Shown here one piece after another: positions 39,101-51,964 of a stretch of 64,000 bases of DNA. The translations under genes were made by a program, and so were the position numbers. Every line of letters begins with the position of its first letter. Positions within the stretch are counted from its first letter, which is position 1. The notes beneath the pieces are model-generated. The model was not told the DNA's origin and ran no database searches. It saw nothing but the letters and a program-made list of their open reading frames with translations. This stretch comes from Octopus vulgaris (Eukaryota), in contig OX597823.1 in NCBI GenBank assembly GCA_951406725.2, positions 16,926,001 through 16,990,000 of the forward strand, given 5' to 3'.

Positions 39101-42100
39101 AATGATCAGCTCCACATTAAGTTGTTAGTAAAGTCAACTGTCTTTATATTATTTTGCAGGAAGGATGTGCACCTGTGATTTGAGAAGGTACCAGAGACAT
39201 TCAGAAAACAATAGCTCTAATGCCCTCCTCCTTCTGTGTTAGTCATTAGCTTTCATCTTAAGAGATTAAACCAATTAAGTCATATTTTAGAGCTCTTTCT
39301 TCTGATGAAGAAAGGTTCAAACTTACCTGACAGAAGTCATATATTTTGGAGGCTTCTCTGGTTGTTCCAAGGCCTACAATGAAAAATATTAACATATTAT
39401 ATATGTGAGTGTGTGTGTGTGTATTTATGTGTGTGTGTGTATTTATGTGAGTGTGTGTATTTACAAGTATAGGGTAAATCAGTTTATGTTACTAGTGGCA
39501 AAATTTTAAAAATGACATAAAATAAATATATAGGCATTTATTATCCACTAAAATTTGTTAAATTACAGTTAAATATATTTTTTTTAAATAGATAAAAATC
39601 AGTGATATATATTGAAAATAAAGTACAGTTTTCATATATATAATAATAATAATAATGAAATTATTGTATACAGTGCTCAGGTGCACCACAACTTGTCAGA
39701 CAGAGCATATAAAGTATATGCAGTAATGTAAAAATGTCTGGAAAGCGAACAGTGTATGAGTCAGATACATGCTTGTGTGTGTATGGAGGGGAGAAAATCA
39801 GGTGTAGTGTTGGCGAATCTCAGGAAGCATGGAAGTTTTCAAGGATGCAGTGCTCCGACAACTAACAACTGATGCTGGCAGTTTGTTCCATGCTTCAGCA
39901 ACTCTCAGCGTGAAAAAATGTTTCCTGAAGTCATGGGAGCTGTGCTGTTTTCTGATTTTGTAAATATGTCCACGGGTGTTAGACAGGTGGAGTTTGAAAA
40001 GGTGCTCAGAGTTATTGTTATATAAAGCCAGACAGTGTGCACGTGGGAACACTGTGCTCATATGATCCTGTAATGTGTATGGATGAGGAGAGCTGCACCA
40101 AGAAGTGCTGATCTCTAATTGTGGAGGGAACATGTGGAAGGGATAGACCCAGGAAGATGTAGGACGAAATGATGAGAAAGGATCTTCAGACGTTGGGCCT
40201 CACAGAGGGAATGACAAAGGACTAAGACTTCTGGTAGTTTGTTGCACTTGAGAAGACACATCAAGCTAAGTAAAACCATGGTGGTCCTTGCATACAGACA
40301 TGTCCCCTGCATCTCTCTTCAGCTGAGCAATCCTAATCTAGGGGGTTTGTGGGTGTTGGTGCCACATAAAAAGCACCTATGGCAGTACCACATAAAAAGC
40401 ACCTGTGCTGGTGCTGGGTAAGAGCACCCAGTACACTCTGTAGAGTGGTTGGCATTAAGAAGGACGTCTAGCTTTTTAGATGGCCAGCGCCTGCCAAACT
40501 GTCCAACCGGTGTCTGCATGGAAAATGGACATATGGTGGTGGTTTTAGAGTCAAGTTTTGGCTGCTATTTCCGGCGTGGTGGTATCTCTTAGATACCCTA
40601 AATTATGATTTTAATAATAATTATTACCTTTGAAGGTTTTTATTCCCATGTTGGCCACCTGATAAGATCGGTATTTAAATAACAATCTTATCATTATTTA
40701 CATATATATATATATTTATTTTTCCGTGTTAATTGTTAACAAGGTTAAAATACACTCATCTATTTATATATATATATATTTATATATATATATATTTTAT
40801 AATTAGGATTCAGCAAAGATTTGCTTTACCACATACCAAAGTTTGGAAATAGCAGTTGAAGAACCTTAGCTATTTCCTCTACTTTAAAAAGAGACTCCCG
40901 AACAAAAACAAAGTACTCGAAAACAATCCACGCAGGCAGAGAGGAAAAATAACGAAAATCAATCAATATTTGATTACCCATGGGAGCACGCCATGTTATA
41001 TATATATATAAACTGTACTTAATTTTCAACATATGTCACTGATTTTTTATCTATTTTTAAAAAATACACACATACACACACACACACACATATATATCCA
41101 TACATACTAGAGAATGTCACTTGAGAATTAAAAAGAGGGAGTACTGAAAGTGAGAGTGACAGGGAGACAAAGAGAGTGTGAGAGAGTAAAAGTGACTGAT
41201 GTCAACAATAAATGATAGACTGATGAAAATGGGTGCTAGTAAGTGAGTGGAGTGATGAATGTCAATGATGAGTGATAGAAGAGGGAGTATGGGAAAGAGA
41301 GAGAGTGATAGCACAAGGGGAACTGAATATCAATAGATGTTATGATTTGATACACAGTTAGTAACAAGGTAGAGGGATAGGCTGACAATAATTAGGCAAT
41401 GATAGGGCAGGAGGTGAGAGATTAAGCAGCATGGCCAGAAGCTGGAGTGTGTCCATAAGCAATCGTGAGTATAGATTGTGAGATAGTCAGTGAAGAGAGT
41501 GAATGTGGTAAATGGACGTTATCAAAGAAGCTTGAGAGGTGGTTGGATGGAACCTACACTCACCTCCTTATGAGAGCTCAAAATCTCTCGTGGAAGCGCC
41601 ATCCAACCAAAATGCAAATATATGGGAAACTACCACCTGTGTCATCTCTTGTGAAAGGTAAGAGAGTCCAGTTTGCTGGACATTGTTGTAGAGCTGAAAA
41701 CGAGGTAATTTCTACTCTTCTCCTCTGGAAGCCATCTACTTGCAATACCAGAGGGCGCATGCTCTCCTACCCTGATGTAATCTCCAGGGATACAGGCATC
41801 CAGCAACAGGACCTCCGTAATGCCATGATGGACCGTGAAGTCTGGCGTAGCATGGTAAATTCCATTGTCTTGACCACGGTCGAACAATGATGAATGATGA
41901 TGATGATGTGGTAAATGGAGATTTAATATGAACATAATTAGCAGCAGATACTTCAATGTAGATATTACATATCTAAATGTCCATTGCCACCACCACTACC
42001 ATCATAATTTTTGTCTACTTTCGCACAGGTAAGACTGTATCTTCCTTTTAGTGTCAGAAAATATTTCAGCCACCAACAGCTGCTGACAGGCACTCCACAA

Positions 42101-44960
42101 GGGTAAAGTGAAATACACAATGAAGTACTGTACCCACATCTAGGACAGTGCTGCTGCTATGTACTCAAACATTAGTACTGTAACCAAAGAAGGACCACTT
42201 GACTGATTGCTATTCAATCATGAAGGGACACACTCAAGCTTGTGGCCAACAAGCAAGCTGCTTCTCTCTCTTTTCTATCATTACCATGATGACCTCTGCT
42301 CCTTGGTGTTTTACCTCTGCCACTCATCACCCTTTGCATTTCCAACCCAACCAACCCTGCATCAACCACTATACCCAATCTTTTCCCACCAGAACATGGA
42401 CCCGTTGGAATCTCTTTCATGCAAGTGTTGAGCTGCTACAGTTTAAACAGAACATTAATGACACTGACCTTACTGGTCTTGGAGGGTCTGCAAAGGTCAT
42501 GACATTGTCCCTTCCTCGAGACTAAGCAAAAGAAAAGATACAACCAGGAGAATATCCTCCATCAGGCATTTGCCATATTCTGAACGCCTTGCTTCCCTGG
42601 GCATGGATACATTGAAACTTTGATGTCTGGCAACTGACTTGGCAGACACCCATAAAATTATCAACCATCTTACTAACAATAACTCTGAGCACCTTTTCAA
42701 ACTCCACCAGTCTAACACCCGTGGACATGTTTACAAAGTCAGAAATCAGCACAGCTCCCATGACTTTCGGAAACATTTTTTCACGCTGAGAGTTACTGAA
42801 GCATGGAACAAACTGCCGGCATCGGTTAGTTGTCGGAGCACTGCATCCTTCAAAACTTCCATGCTTCATGAGATTCGCCAACACTACACCTGATTTTCTC
42901 CCCTCCATACACACACACAGGCATGTATCTGACTCATACACTGTTCACTTTCCAGACATTTGTACATTACTGCATATGCTTTATACGCACCTTTTGACAA
43001 GTTGTGGTGCATCTGAGCACTGTATACAATAATTTCATTATTATTATATTATTATTATTATTATTATTAGAACATGCTTAACAATAAAAGCTTACTAACT
43101 GACCGACTAATTAAACCAGCAAACAAATTTATGTACCGACATACCTCAACTGCATGGATTTTAGTGTCTTGTTCGTAGAAAAATAATCGAGTTGCTTGGC
43201 CTTTGTTAAGCTGAACATCAATTTTGGTCATATTGTCAGACGTACATGATTCAGAATAGTTGACTGTGAAGTTACCAGGATTATTTTTGGTCAAGTTTGA
43301 TGACTGTTTAAAACAGAAAATATAAAAAGTTATAACTAGAAAGTTAAACAAACATTTTCTAGAAAACAAACTATTTTGTTCAAGACTGTTTGGCAGCTAT
43401 TTTGCCAGGCTTACATTTATTTATGAGATGATTTTCGGAAATTTTAGTCATTTATCCTCACCTAACTGCTCAATCATGAAGTAGAAGTGGAATCTATTGT
43501 CAGACAAGCAGACTGAGTCAAATAGGGTTGTGGCATATTTGGGCTTTAACAAAGAATTAATAAACAATTGCAGCGTGGAAGGTGTTTGTAAACCATTTAA
43601 GAAACACACAAAAGCCGTTCGATTCACTTCAACATTTAAGTTTAATTTGTAAAAATATTTTCGGCGCTTTAAGACCGCGACCTGTTCACTGACAACAATC
43701 CGTGCTGCATCTCTTTTTGTCAGTGAACAGGTCACGGTCTTATAGCGACGAAAATATTTTGACAAATTAAACTTAAATGTTGAAGTGAATCGAATGGCTT
43801 TTGTGTGTTTCTTAAATGGCTTACAAACACCTTCCATGCTGCAATTGTTTTCTTTTCAGCACACGATCTCAGATCAAATCACTTGCTATGCAAGTACATC
43901 TCCAAAAAGAATTAATAAAAGTAGGTCAAATACTAAAATCTTTCTTTAAACATCATCATCGTTTAACGTCTGCTTTCCATGCTAGCATGGGTTGGATGAT
44001 TTGACTGAGGGCTGGCGAACCAGATGGCTGCACCAGGCTACAATCTTGATCTGGCAGAGTTTCTACAGCTGGATGCCCTTCCTTATGCCAACCATTCCAA
44101 GAGTGTAGTGGGTGCTTTTACATGCTACCGGCATGGGGGCCAGTCAGGCAGTACTGGCAACGACCTCGCTTGAATGTTTTTACACATGCCACTGGCACAA
44201 GTGCCAGTAAGGCAATGCTGATAACGATCACGCTCAAATGGTGCCTTTTACGTTCCACCGGCACGGATGTCATTTAACCGCTCTGGCAACGATAGCCACT
44301 CTGGCAAAATGGTTAAATCTTGGAGAAAGTCTATAACAATACATATTTAACCCTTTATCATTTAAACCAGCTATATCTGGCCCAAACATTCTACCTGTGT
44401 TATATTCAAACCAGCTAGGTCTGGTCTCGCACATCTACCCAACAATATCATTCTAAAATGTAAGCAATCACACCATGAAAATCTTCAAGCTACAAGATAC
44501 TGCATGGTTAATTTGAGACAATGTGAATAGATAAGCATTACATGTGACAGATTAATTTCAATGCTAAAAGGGTTAAGCTCATTTATCACAGACAAAATAT
44601 TTCTTCTTATATTGGTTACAAAATTCCATGTCTTGTTCCCTAAAAATAATAAAGACATGATATAATAAAGAGTAACCAACAGTTGCGCATCTACAAAAGC
44701 TGCAGGTTTATGGACAGCTTATCAGACTCTATACAAAGACATACTTGCTTTATATAGCTAATAGGTTAAATGAGACATACCTGGCTTCACGGCCGAAACA
44801 GCTGTCAGCTACAATGTAAATGTATTTCTATTTCTTGTTATATTTGTACTATATTAATGTATAATATCATTGCTATTGTGTAGTGGTTTAATAAAGTATT
44901 GATTGGGTATTATCTGATAGTTGATGATTGATTTAGATATATTTCTCCATTTTCTCATTT

Positions 44961-45012
<52 letters not shown>

Positions 45013-46300
45013 TATGCACTCTTTTCAAGCTTAGCCAGTTTCCCGGTTTCTGTGGTGTATGTGTTCTCCCCAGCTGGATGGGATGCCAGTCCATCGCAGC
45101 GTTACTCAAGAAACAAGAAGAAAGAGTGAGAGAAAGTTGAGCGAAAGAGTACAACAGGGGTTGCCACCACCCCCTGCTAGAACCTCGTGGAGCTTTAGGT
45201 GTTTTCGTTCAATAAATACACACAATGCCCAGTCTGGAAATTGAAACCGCGATCCTCTGACTGCGAGTCCGCTGCCCTAACCACTGGGCCATTGCGCCTC
45301 CACATATATTTACATATACATAATAAAAACAGATGAATGGGTTATCTAGTTTTGCCTCAATCCTTTACGGATCCCTTATAATCAAAACTACATATCTTTA
45401 TATATAAAAGTGAAGTTGTGTGTCTGTCTCCTACGATTTAGATTCCTACCTACTCCCACATTTTGCAGTGCAGTTTAACCAAAAGCGGGTATCTTATAGT
45501 CGTGATTCATATCGAGCCCTTCTGGGTATTAGCGCGTGTCTACGATGAGTCTATGATTTAAAAAAAAATTTACCATAATTTTTTTCCATTTTAATGCATT
45601 TTTTCGCTATTATATAAGGGAAGTAACTCTCTAAAAATGTCTACGATGAGTCAACGATTTAAAAAAAATTTACCATAATTTTTTTTCCATTTTTTATGCA
45701 TTTTTTTGCTATTTTTTGGCTATAACTCTCTAAAAATGCTTATATAGTTATTTCCCTTACAAACCCGAGCAACGCCGGGCGATACTGCTAGTATATAATA
45801 TAACTTTTAAGAAACTAACATCAAGAGTTATGTACTTACCTGAAGATATTGGAGGTCTCCAGTAAAATAAACGGACTCTACTGACACTTCACATGAGGCT
45901 ACATTTACAATTGACAGTCCACTTTGGTCAGGAGAAATCTGAGGCTCAGATATACGCTTTAGAAATTACAAAATAAATAAATAAATAAATAAATAAGTAA
46001 ACATGAATAAAAAAATAAAAGAACTATTGTTTAAGTTAAAAAAATATATTAAAATTTTACCAAAAATTATATTTACCAAAATAATATTAGTAATAATAAT
46101 TATTATTGTTTCTACTCTAGGCACAAGGCCTAGAAAATTTTTAAGGAAGGGGGCTAGTCAATTATATTGACCCCAGTGTGTAACTGGTACTTATTTCATC
46201 AACCCCTGAAAGAATGAAAGGGAAAGTCGACCTCGGTGGAATTTGAACCCAGTATGTAGTGGCAGATGAAAGACCGCTAAGCATTTTGACCAACATGCTA

Positions 46301-46344
<44 letters not shown>

Positions 46345-49300
46345 AATGTTTCAAATTTTAGCACAAGGCCAACAGCTTTAGGGAAGAAACTAAGTTAATT
46401 ACTTGAGATGAATGCACAACTGGTATCTATTTGTGCCAGAGAAGGAGCTTATATTTAGCCACCAGACCTGCTTAAGAGTCACCCTAAAAAAGTTTTTGAT
46501 AATCAGGCTTCTATATTTCAAATGTTGAATCTTAAGTAGGACATCATATCTTATAACAAAGACATGTCATAAGATATTTATACATACATACATATACATC
46601 TTAAAACAAGGATATATATATATATATATAGGCGCAGGAGTGGCTGTATGGTAAGTAGTTTGCTTACTAACCACATGGCTCCGGGTTCAGTCCCACTGCG
46701 TGGCATCTTGGGCAAGTATCTTCCACTATAGCCTCGGGCCAACCAAAGTCTTGTGAGTGGATTTGGTAGACGGAAACTGAAAGAAGCCTGTCGTATATAT
46801 GTATATATATATATGTGTGTGTATGTTTGTGTGTCTGTGTTTGTCACCCTAGCATTGCTTGACAACCGATGCTGGTATGTTTATGTCCCCGTAACTTAGC
46901 AGTTCGGCAAAAGCGACAGATAGAATAAGTATTGGGCTTACAAAGAATAAGTCCCGGGGTCGATTTGCTCGACTAAAGGCGGTGCTCCAGCGTGGCCACA
47001 GTCAAATGACGGAAACAAGTTAAAAGAGTAAAAGAGAATAGATATTGTCCAACCCATGCTAGCATGGAAAAACGGACGCTAAACGATGATGATGATGATG
47101 ATGATATACACACAAGCACACAAGTCAGATCACTGGTCAATAATTTCATTCCATCAACTGTGTCTAGAGCAGAGGTTTATCTAAGCAGATCTAATTTAGT
47201 TTGCTCAGACACAAAAAGCATAAAAAAAAACAAGTATTTCTATAAAATTCATGCAATAGTTTTATGTTTGCTAAAAGTTTCTTAGCTTATCAAAAATATG
47301 TGCACTTAATTTTATTGTACGTCTCTCATTTGGTACTGAGGCCGTCCATTTAAAATCCACTTCATACAAGGTCATCACCCTTAATAATTTCACATTGATC
47401 CAGTGAGAGAAGAAACATCTGTCATCTTAAAAAAACATCAACAGGCTTATTTTGCAGATACTCTTTTACCCTTTTAGTTGTTTCAGTCATTTGACTGCGG
47501 CCATGCTGGAGCACCGCCTTCAGTCGAGCAAATCGACCCCAGGACTTATTCTTTTTGTAAGCCCAGTACTTATTCTATCGGTCTCTTTTGCCGAACCGCT
47601 AAGTAACGGGGACGTAAACACACCAGCATCGGTTGTCAAGCAATGCTAGGGGAACAAACACAGACACACAAACATATACACACACATACATATATATATA
47701 TATACATATATACGACAGGCTTCTTTCAGTTTCTGTCTACCAAATCCACTCACAAGGCATTGGTCACCCCGGGGCTATAGTAGAAGACACTTGCCCAAGG
47801 TGCCACGCAGTGGGACTGAACCCGGAACCATGTGGTTGGTAAGCAAGCTACTTACCACACAGCCACTCCTGTGCCTATAAATGATGTTCAATTTCATTTA
47901 AAAAATATGTTCAATTTCTTCCTTTCAAACCCAACCCCAATTCGAATGTTAAGAGACCGTTCCCATGGGACTCCGTGTCCACTATTTCACACACACAAAT
48001 GCATTTAGTGGTGTAGAAAAAAATATCTGAATTGAACTTTTGAAAAAAAAACCTTTTACCTAAAAATGACTATGATTTAAGAGAAATTTATTCTCATTAT
48101 TGTTACGTCATTGTGGTGAACTTACATTGAGATGAAGCTGGACAAAGCCAGCCATTAGGAAAGCTGAGGTTGCAAATGTCATTCCAGTCACCATTCTTTG
48201 TAGAGGCCTAGAAAATAGTACAAGAATAAGAAAATTAATAACTAGAAGGAAAAAAAGAAAAGAAAAGAAACAAAACATTTACCTAGTCTTATTTGAATGT
48301 AACATCTGTTTCTTAATTCTGTAAGTGTGTCCATTAGATGTGGTTAAATTATATCTCAGATATTTTGGCTGATAAATATGGTTATTACTTATTGTATACA
48401 GTGCTAGTGGGGTGTCTGAAATATGACTATTGGCATCATGAAATTGGTGCCAGGTGTACAGAAAAATATTCTACTTAGCCAAGTTATGTTACTGTTGGTA
48501 ATTATTTATTTATTCATTACTTAGTTACACATAAAATTTTGAATAGAGAACCACCATGTTTAGTCAAATTGACACCAATATATAATTGATGTGGAGGCGC
48601 AATGGCATAGTCGTTAGGGCAGCGGACTCGCGGTCGCAGGATCGCGGTTTTGATTCCCAGACCGGGCGTTGTAAGTGTTTATTGAGCGAAAACACCTAAA
48701 AGCTCCACGAGGCTCCGGAAGGGGGTGGTGATCCCTGCTGTACTCTTTCACCACTCTTTCTTCTGTTGGCCTGCTCGCTTAGCCAGCGGGGTGGCGTCAT
48801 TCGAAGGCTAAAACAATGCGAACGCATTGTGACCAGCGATGTGTAACATCTGATGGTCTGGTCGGTCACGTGATCACGTGATATAACTGATACCTATTTT
48901 ATTGACCCTGGAGGAATGAAAAGCAAAGTTGACTGATGTGATTTAAATCTAAGATCTAAAAAAGATGAATATAGTAAAAACTTAACATGGCGCTCTAATG
49001 TTTTTTCCAATATTTTATTTTATTTCTGCCCAAAGCCATAAATTCATAGATTAAAACACAAAAACAAAGAAAAGAAGGAAACAAAACATAAAATTAGTAA
49101 ACACTTTACTAAATTTATGATGGGGAATATTGTTATCTATTTCCCCTGATTTAAAATATAAAGCATTGCACTTTGTCCAAAGAAACCAAAATTATTATCT
49201 AAATGGATTATCTAAAGTTAATAAGAATTCCACAGGTTTGATCAGCTCCATTAAGATTTATCAGCTTAAAATCACAGAAACCACTTTAGTAAAAATACTT

Positions 49301-51910
49301 ATTTAGAGGTATATTCTTTAGGTACTACTCAAAATCAACATTCAACTAAATATACATAACCAACAGGATATTGAAAGACTGCTTTTGGTGGGTAATTACA
49401 AAACTTCAGAGTCCGGTTCCACTTACAGTTATATAGTTGCTGTTATTCATCATCATCATCATCATGATCGTTTAATGCCCATTTTCCGCGCTAGCACGGG
49501 TTGGACGGTTCGACCGGGGTCTGGGAAGCCAGAAGGCTGCACCAGGCTCCAGTCTGATCTGGCAGTGTTTCTACAGCTGGATGCCCTTCCTAACGCCAAC
49601 CACTCCGCGAGTGTAGTGGGTGCTTTTTACATGCCACCTGCACAGGTGCCAGGGGGGGTCTGGCATCGGCCACGATTGGTTGGTGCTTTTAACGTGCCAC
49701 CGGCACGGAAGCCAGCCAAGGTGGCGCTGGCATCGGCCACGTTCGGATGGTGCTTTTTATGTGCCACCGGCACAGAAGCCAGTCAAGGTGGTGCTGGCAT
49801 CGGCCACGTTTGGATGGTGCTTTTTATGTGCCACGGGCACAGAAGCCAGTCAAGGCGGCGCTGGCAACGGCCTGTTAGAAATCATTCAAAAATTAAGCAA
49901 TAATTAGAAGTGAAATTAACTTAGTGAATAAACCTCATCCTGGCTTTGATGAGCGAGATTTCTAGTTGCTCATTTAACCCTTTCGTATTCAGATTATTCT
50001 GTTGAATGTAATGCTTGTTTATTCACATTGTTTTGAATTTATCATCTACTAGCAGTATCGCCCGGCGTTGCTCGGGTTTGTAAGGGAAATAACTATATAA
50101 GCATTTTTAGAGAGTTATAGCCAAAAAATAGCAAAAAAATGCATTAAAAATGGAAAAAAAAATTATGGTAAATTTTTTTTTAAATCGTTGACTCATCATA
50201 GACATTTTTAGAGAGTTAGTTCCCTTATATAATAGCGAAAAAATGCATTAAAATGGAAAAAATGATGGTAATTTTTTTTTTAATCGTAGTCATGCGCTAA
50301 TACCCAGAAGGGCTCGATATGAATCACGACTATAAGATACCTGGTTTTGGTTAAACTGCACCACAAAATGTGGGAGTAGTTAGGAATCTAAATCGTAGGA
50401 GACAGACAGCACACAACCTCACTTTTATATATAAAGATTATCTTGTAGCTTCATCATTTTGATGATGTGTTTGTTTATTTTAAGAACAACATTATAGGAT
50501 ACATGTGAGAGGCTGGATCTGGCCAGTTTAAGCATAAAACAGGTAAAACTATTTTGGCCTGATATGGCCAGTTTAAATATTAAACGGATAACAGAACTAA
50601 CTATTCTTTGAATTATGGTGCCTGAATATTCCACAGACACATGCAGTCTTAACATAATCTTTAGGGAGAATCAGTGTGTGACAAGGTAGGGCTTTTAAAT
50701 TACAAGTAAGAATCCAAAGTGCATTTAATCAGGTATTTGACTACAAATTCATGGATTGTTACTTTATGTCCTGCTACCAGGCACTTTGTGGACTCCTTAG
50801 CACATGACACTAAGCACATTATTATTTATTTATATCCCCACTGAGATAAAATATTAGTCAATTCAAAGTGATTCTGGTAGACAGGTGAATCTAGATATGT
50901 AGAATAGACAATAAACTGAAGTGTGTTTAATACATAACAAAGTGTAAAATATATGATGTACTGAAGTGTGCAGAATACACAGTGCACTAAGGTGTGCAGA
51001 ACATACAATAAACAACATAATTGAGGTGCGTACTATACATAAACCAAAGGTTTGAGTTGTTGGAAGAGAATTGAATTAAATATATTTTAATTCAATACTT
51101 TATCCATTAATCAATTTACTGGCAGGTGTAAAGAATAAAGAAGCAATAACAGAAATGATGGCAATAACAACAAGCAAAATTAAATAACAAACTACCTGTT
51201 AGGGATATGACATCGGTCCAACAATGGGTAAATTACGGTTTCAAAAAGAGGAATCAATAAAATAATCAGGATTGGATTTATAGCCTGAAATAATGAAAGA
51301 AGATAGATAGATCATTATCATCATCATCATCATTGTTTAATGTCTGCTTTCCATGCTAGCAGGGTTGGATGGTTTGACTGAAGGCTGGCAAACCAGATGG
51401 CTGCACCAGGCTCCAATCTTGATCTGGCAGAGTTCCTACAGCTGGATGCCCTTCCTAACGCCAACCACTCCATGAGTGTAGTGGGTGCTTTTGTGTGCCA
51501 CTGGCACGAGGGCCAGTCAGGCGGTACTGACAACAGCCACGCTCAAATGGTATTTTTTCACGTGTCACCTGCACAGGAGCCAGTCCAACAGCAAAGGCAA
51601 TGACCTCGCTCGAATGTTTTTTCATGTGCCAGTAAGGTGACGCTGGTAACGATCACGCTCGAATAGTGCTTTTTACGTGTCACCGGCACAGAAGCCAGTT
51701 AGCCCCTCTGGCAATGATCGTGCTCAGGTGGTGCTCCTAGTGCTCCACCAGCACAGATGCCAGTCATCGAATTTGATTTCGATAGATAAAAGTGATAAAC
51801 TTTATAATGGAACAAATTATCACAAAGGGTGATTTCTCACATCAACACAACAGCCATCAAAATCATCAACATGAACATTCTATCCCTTTTTCTGCAGACA
51901 TTGTGTGTAT

Positions 51911-51964
<54 letters not shown>

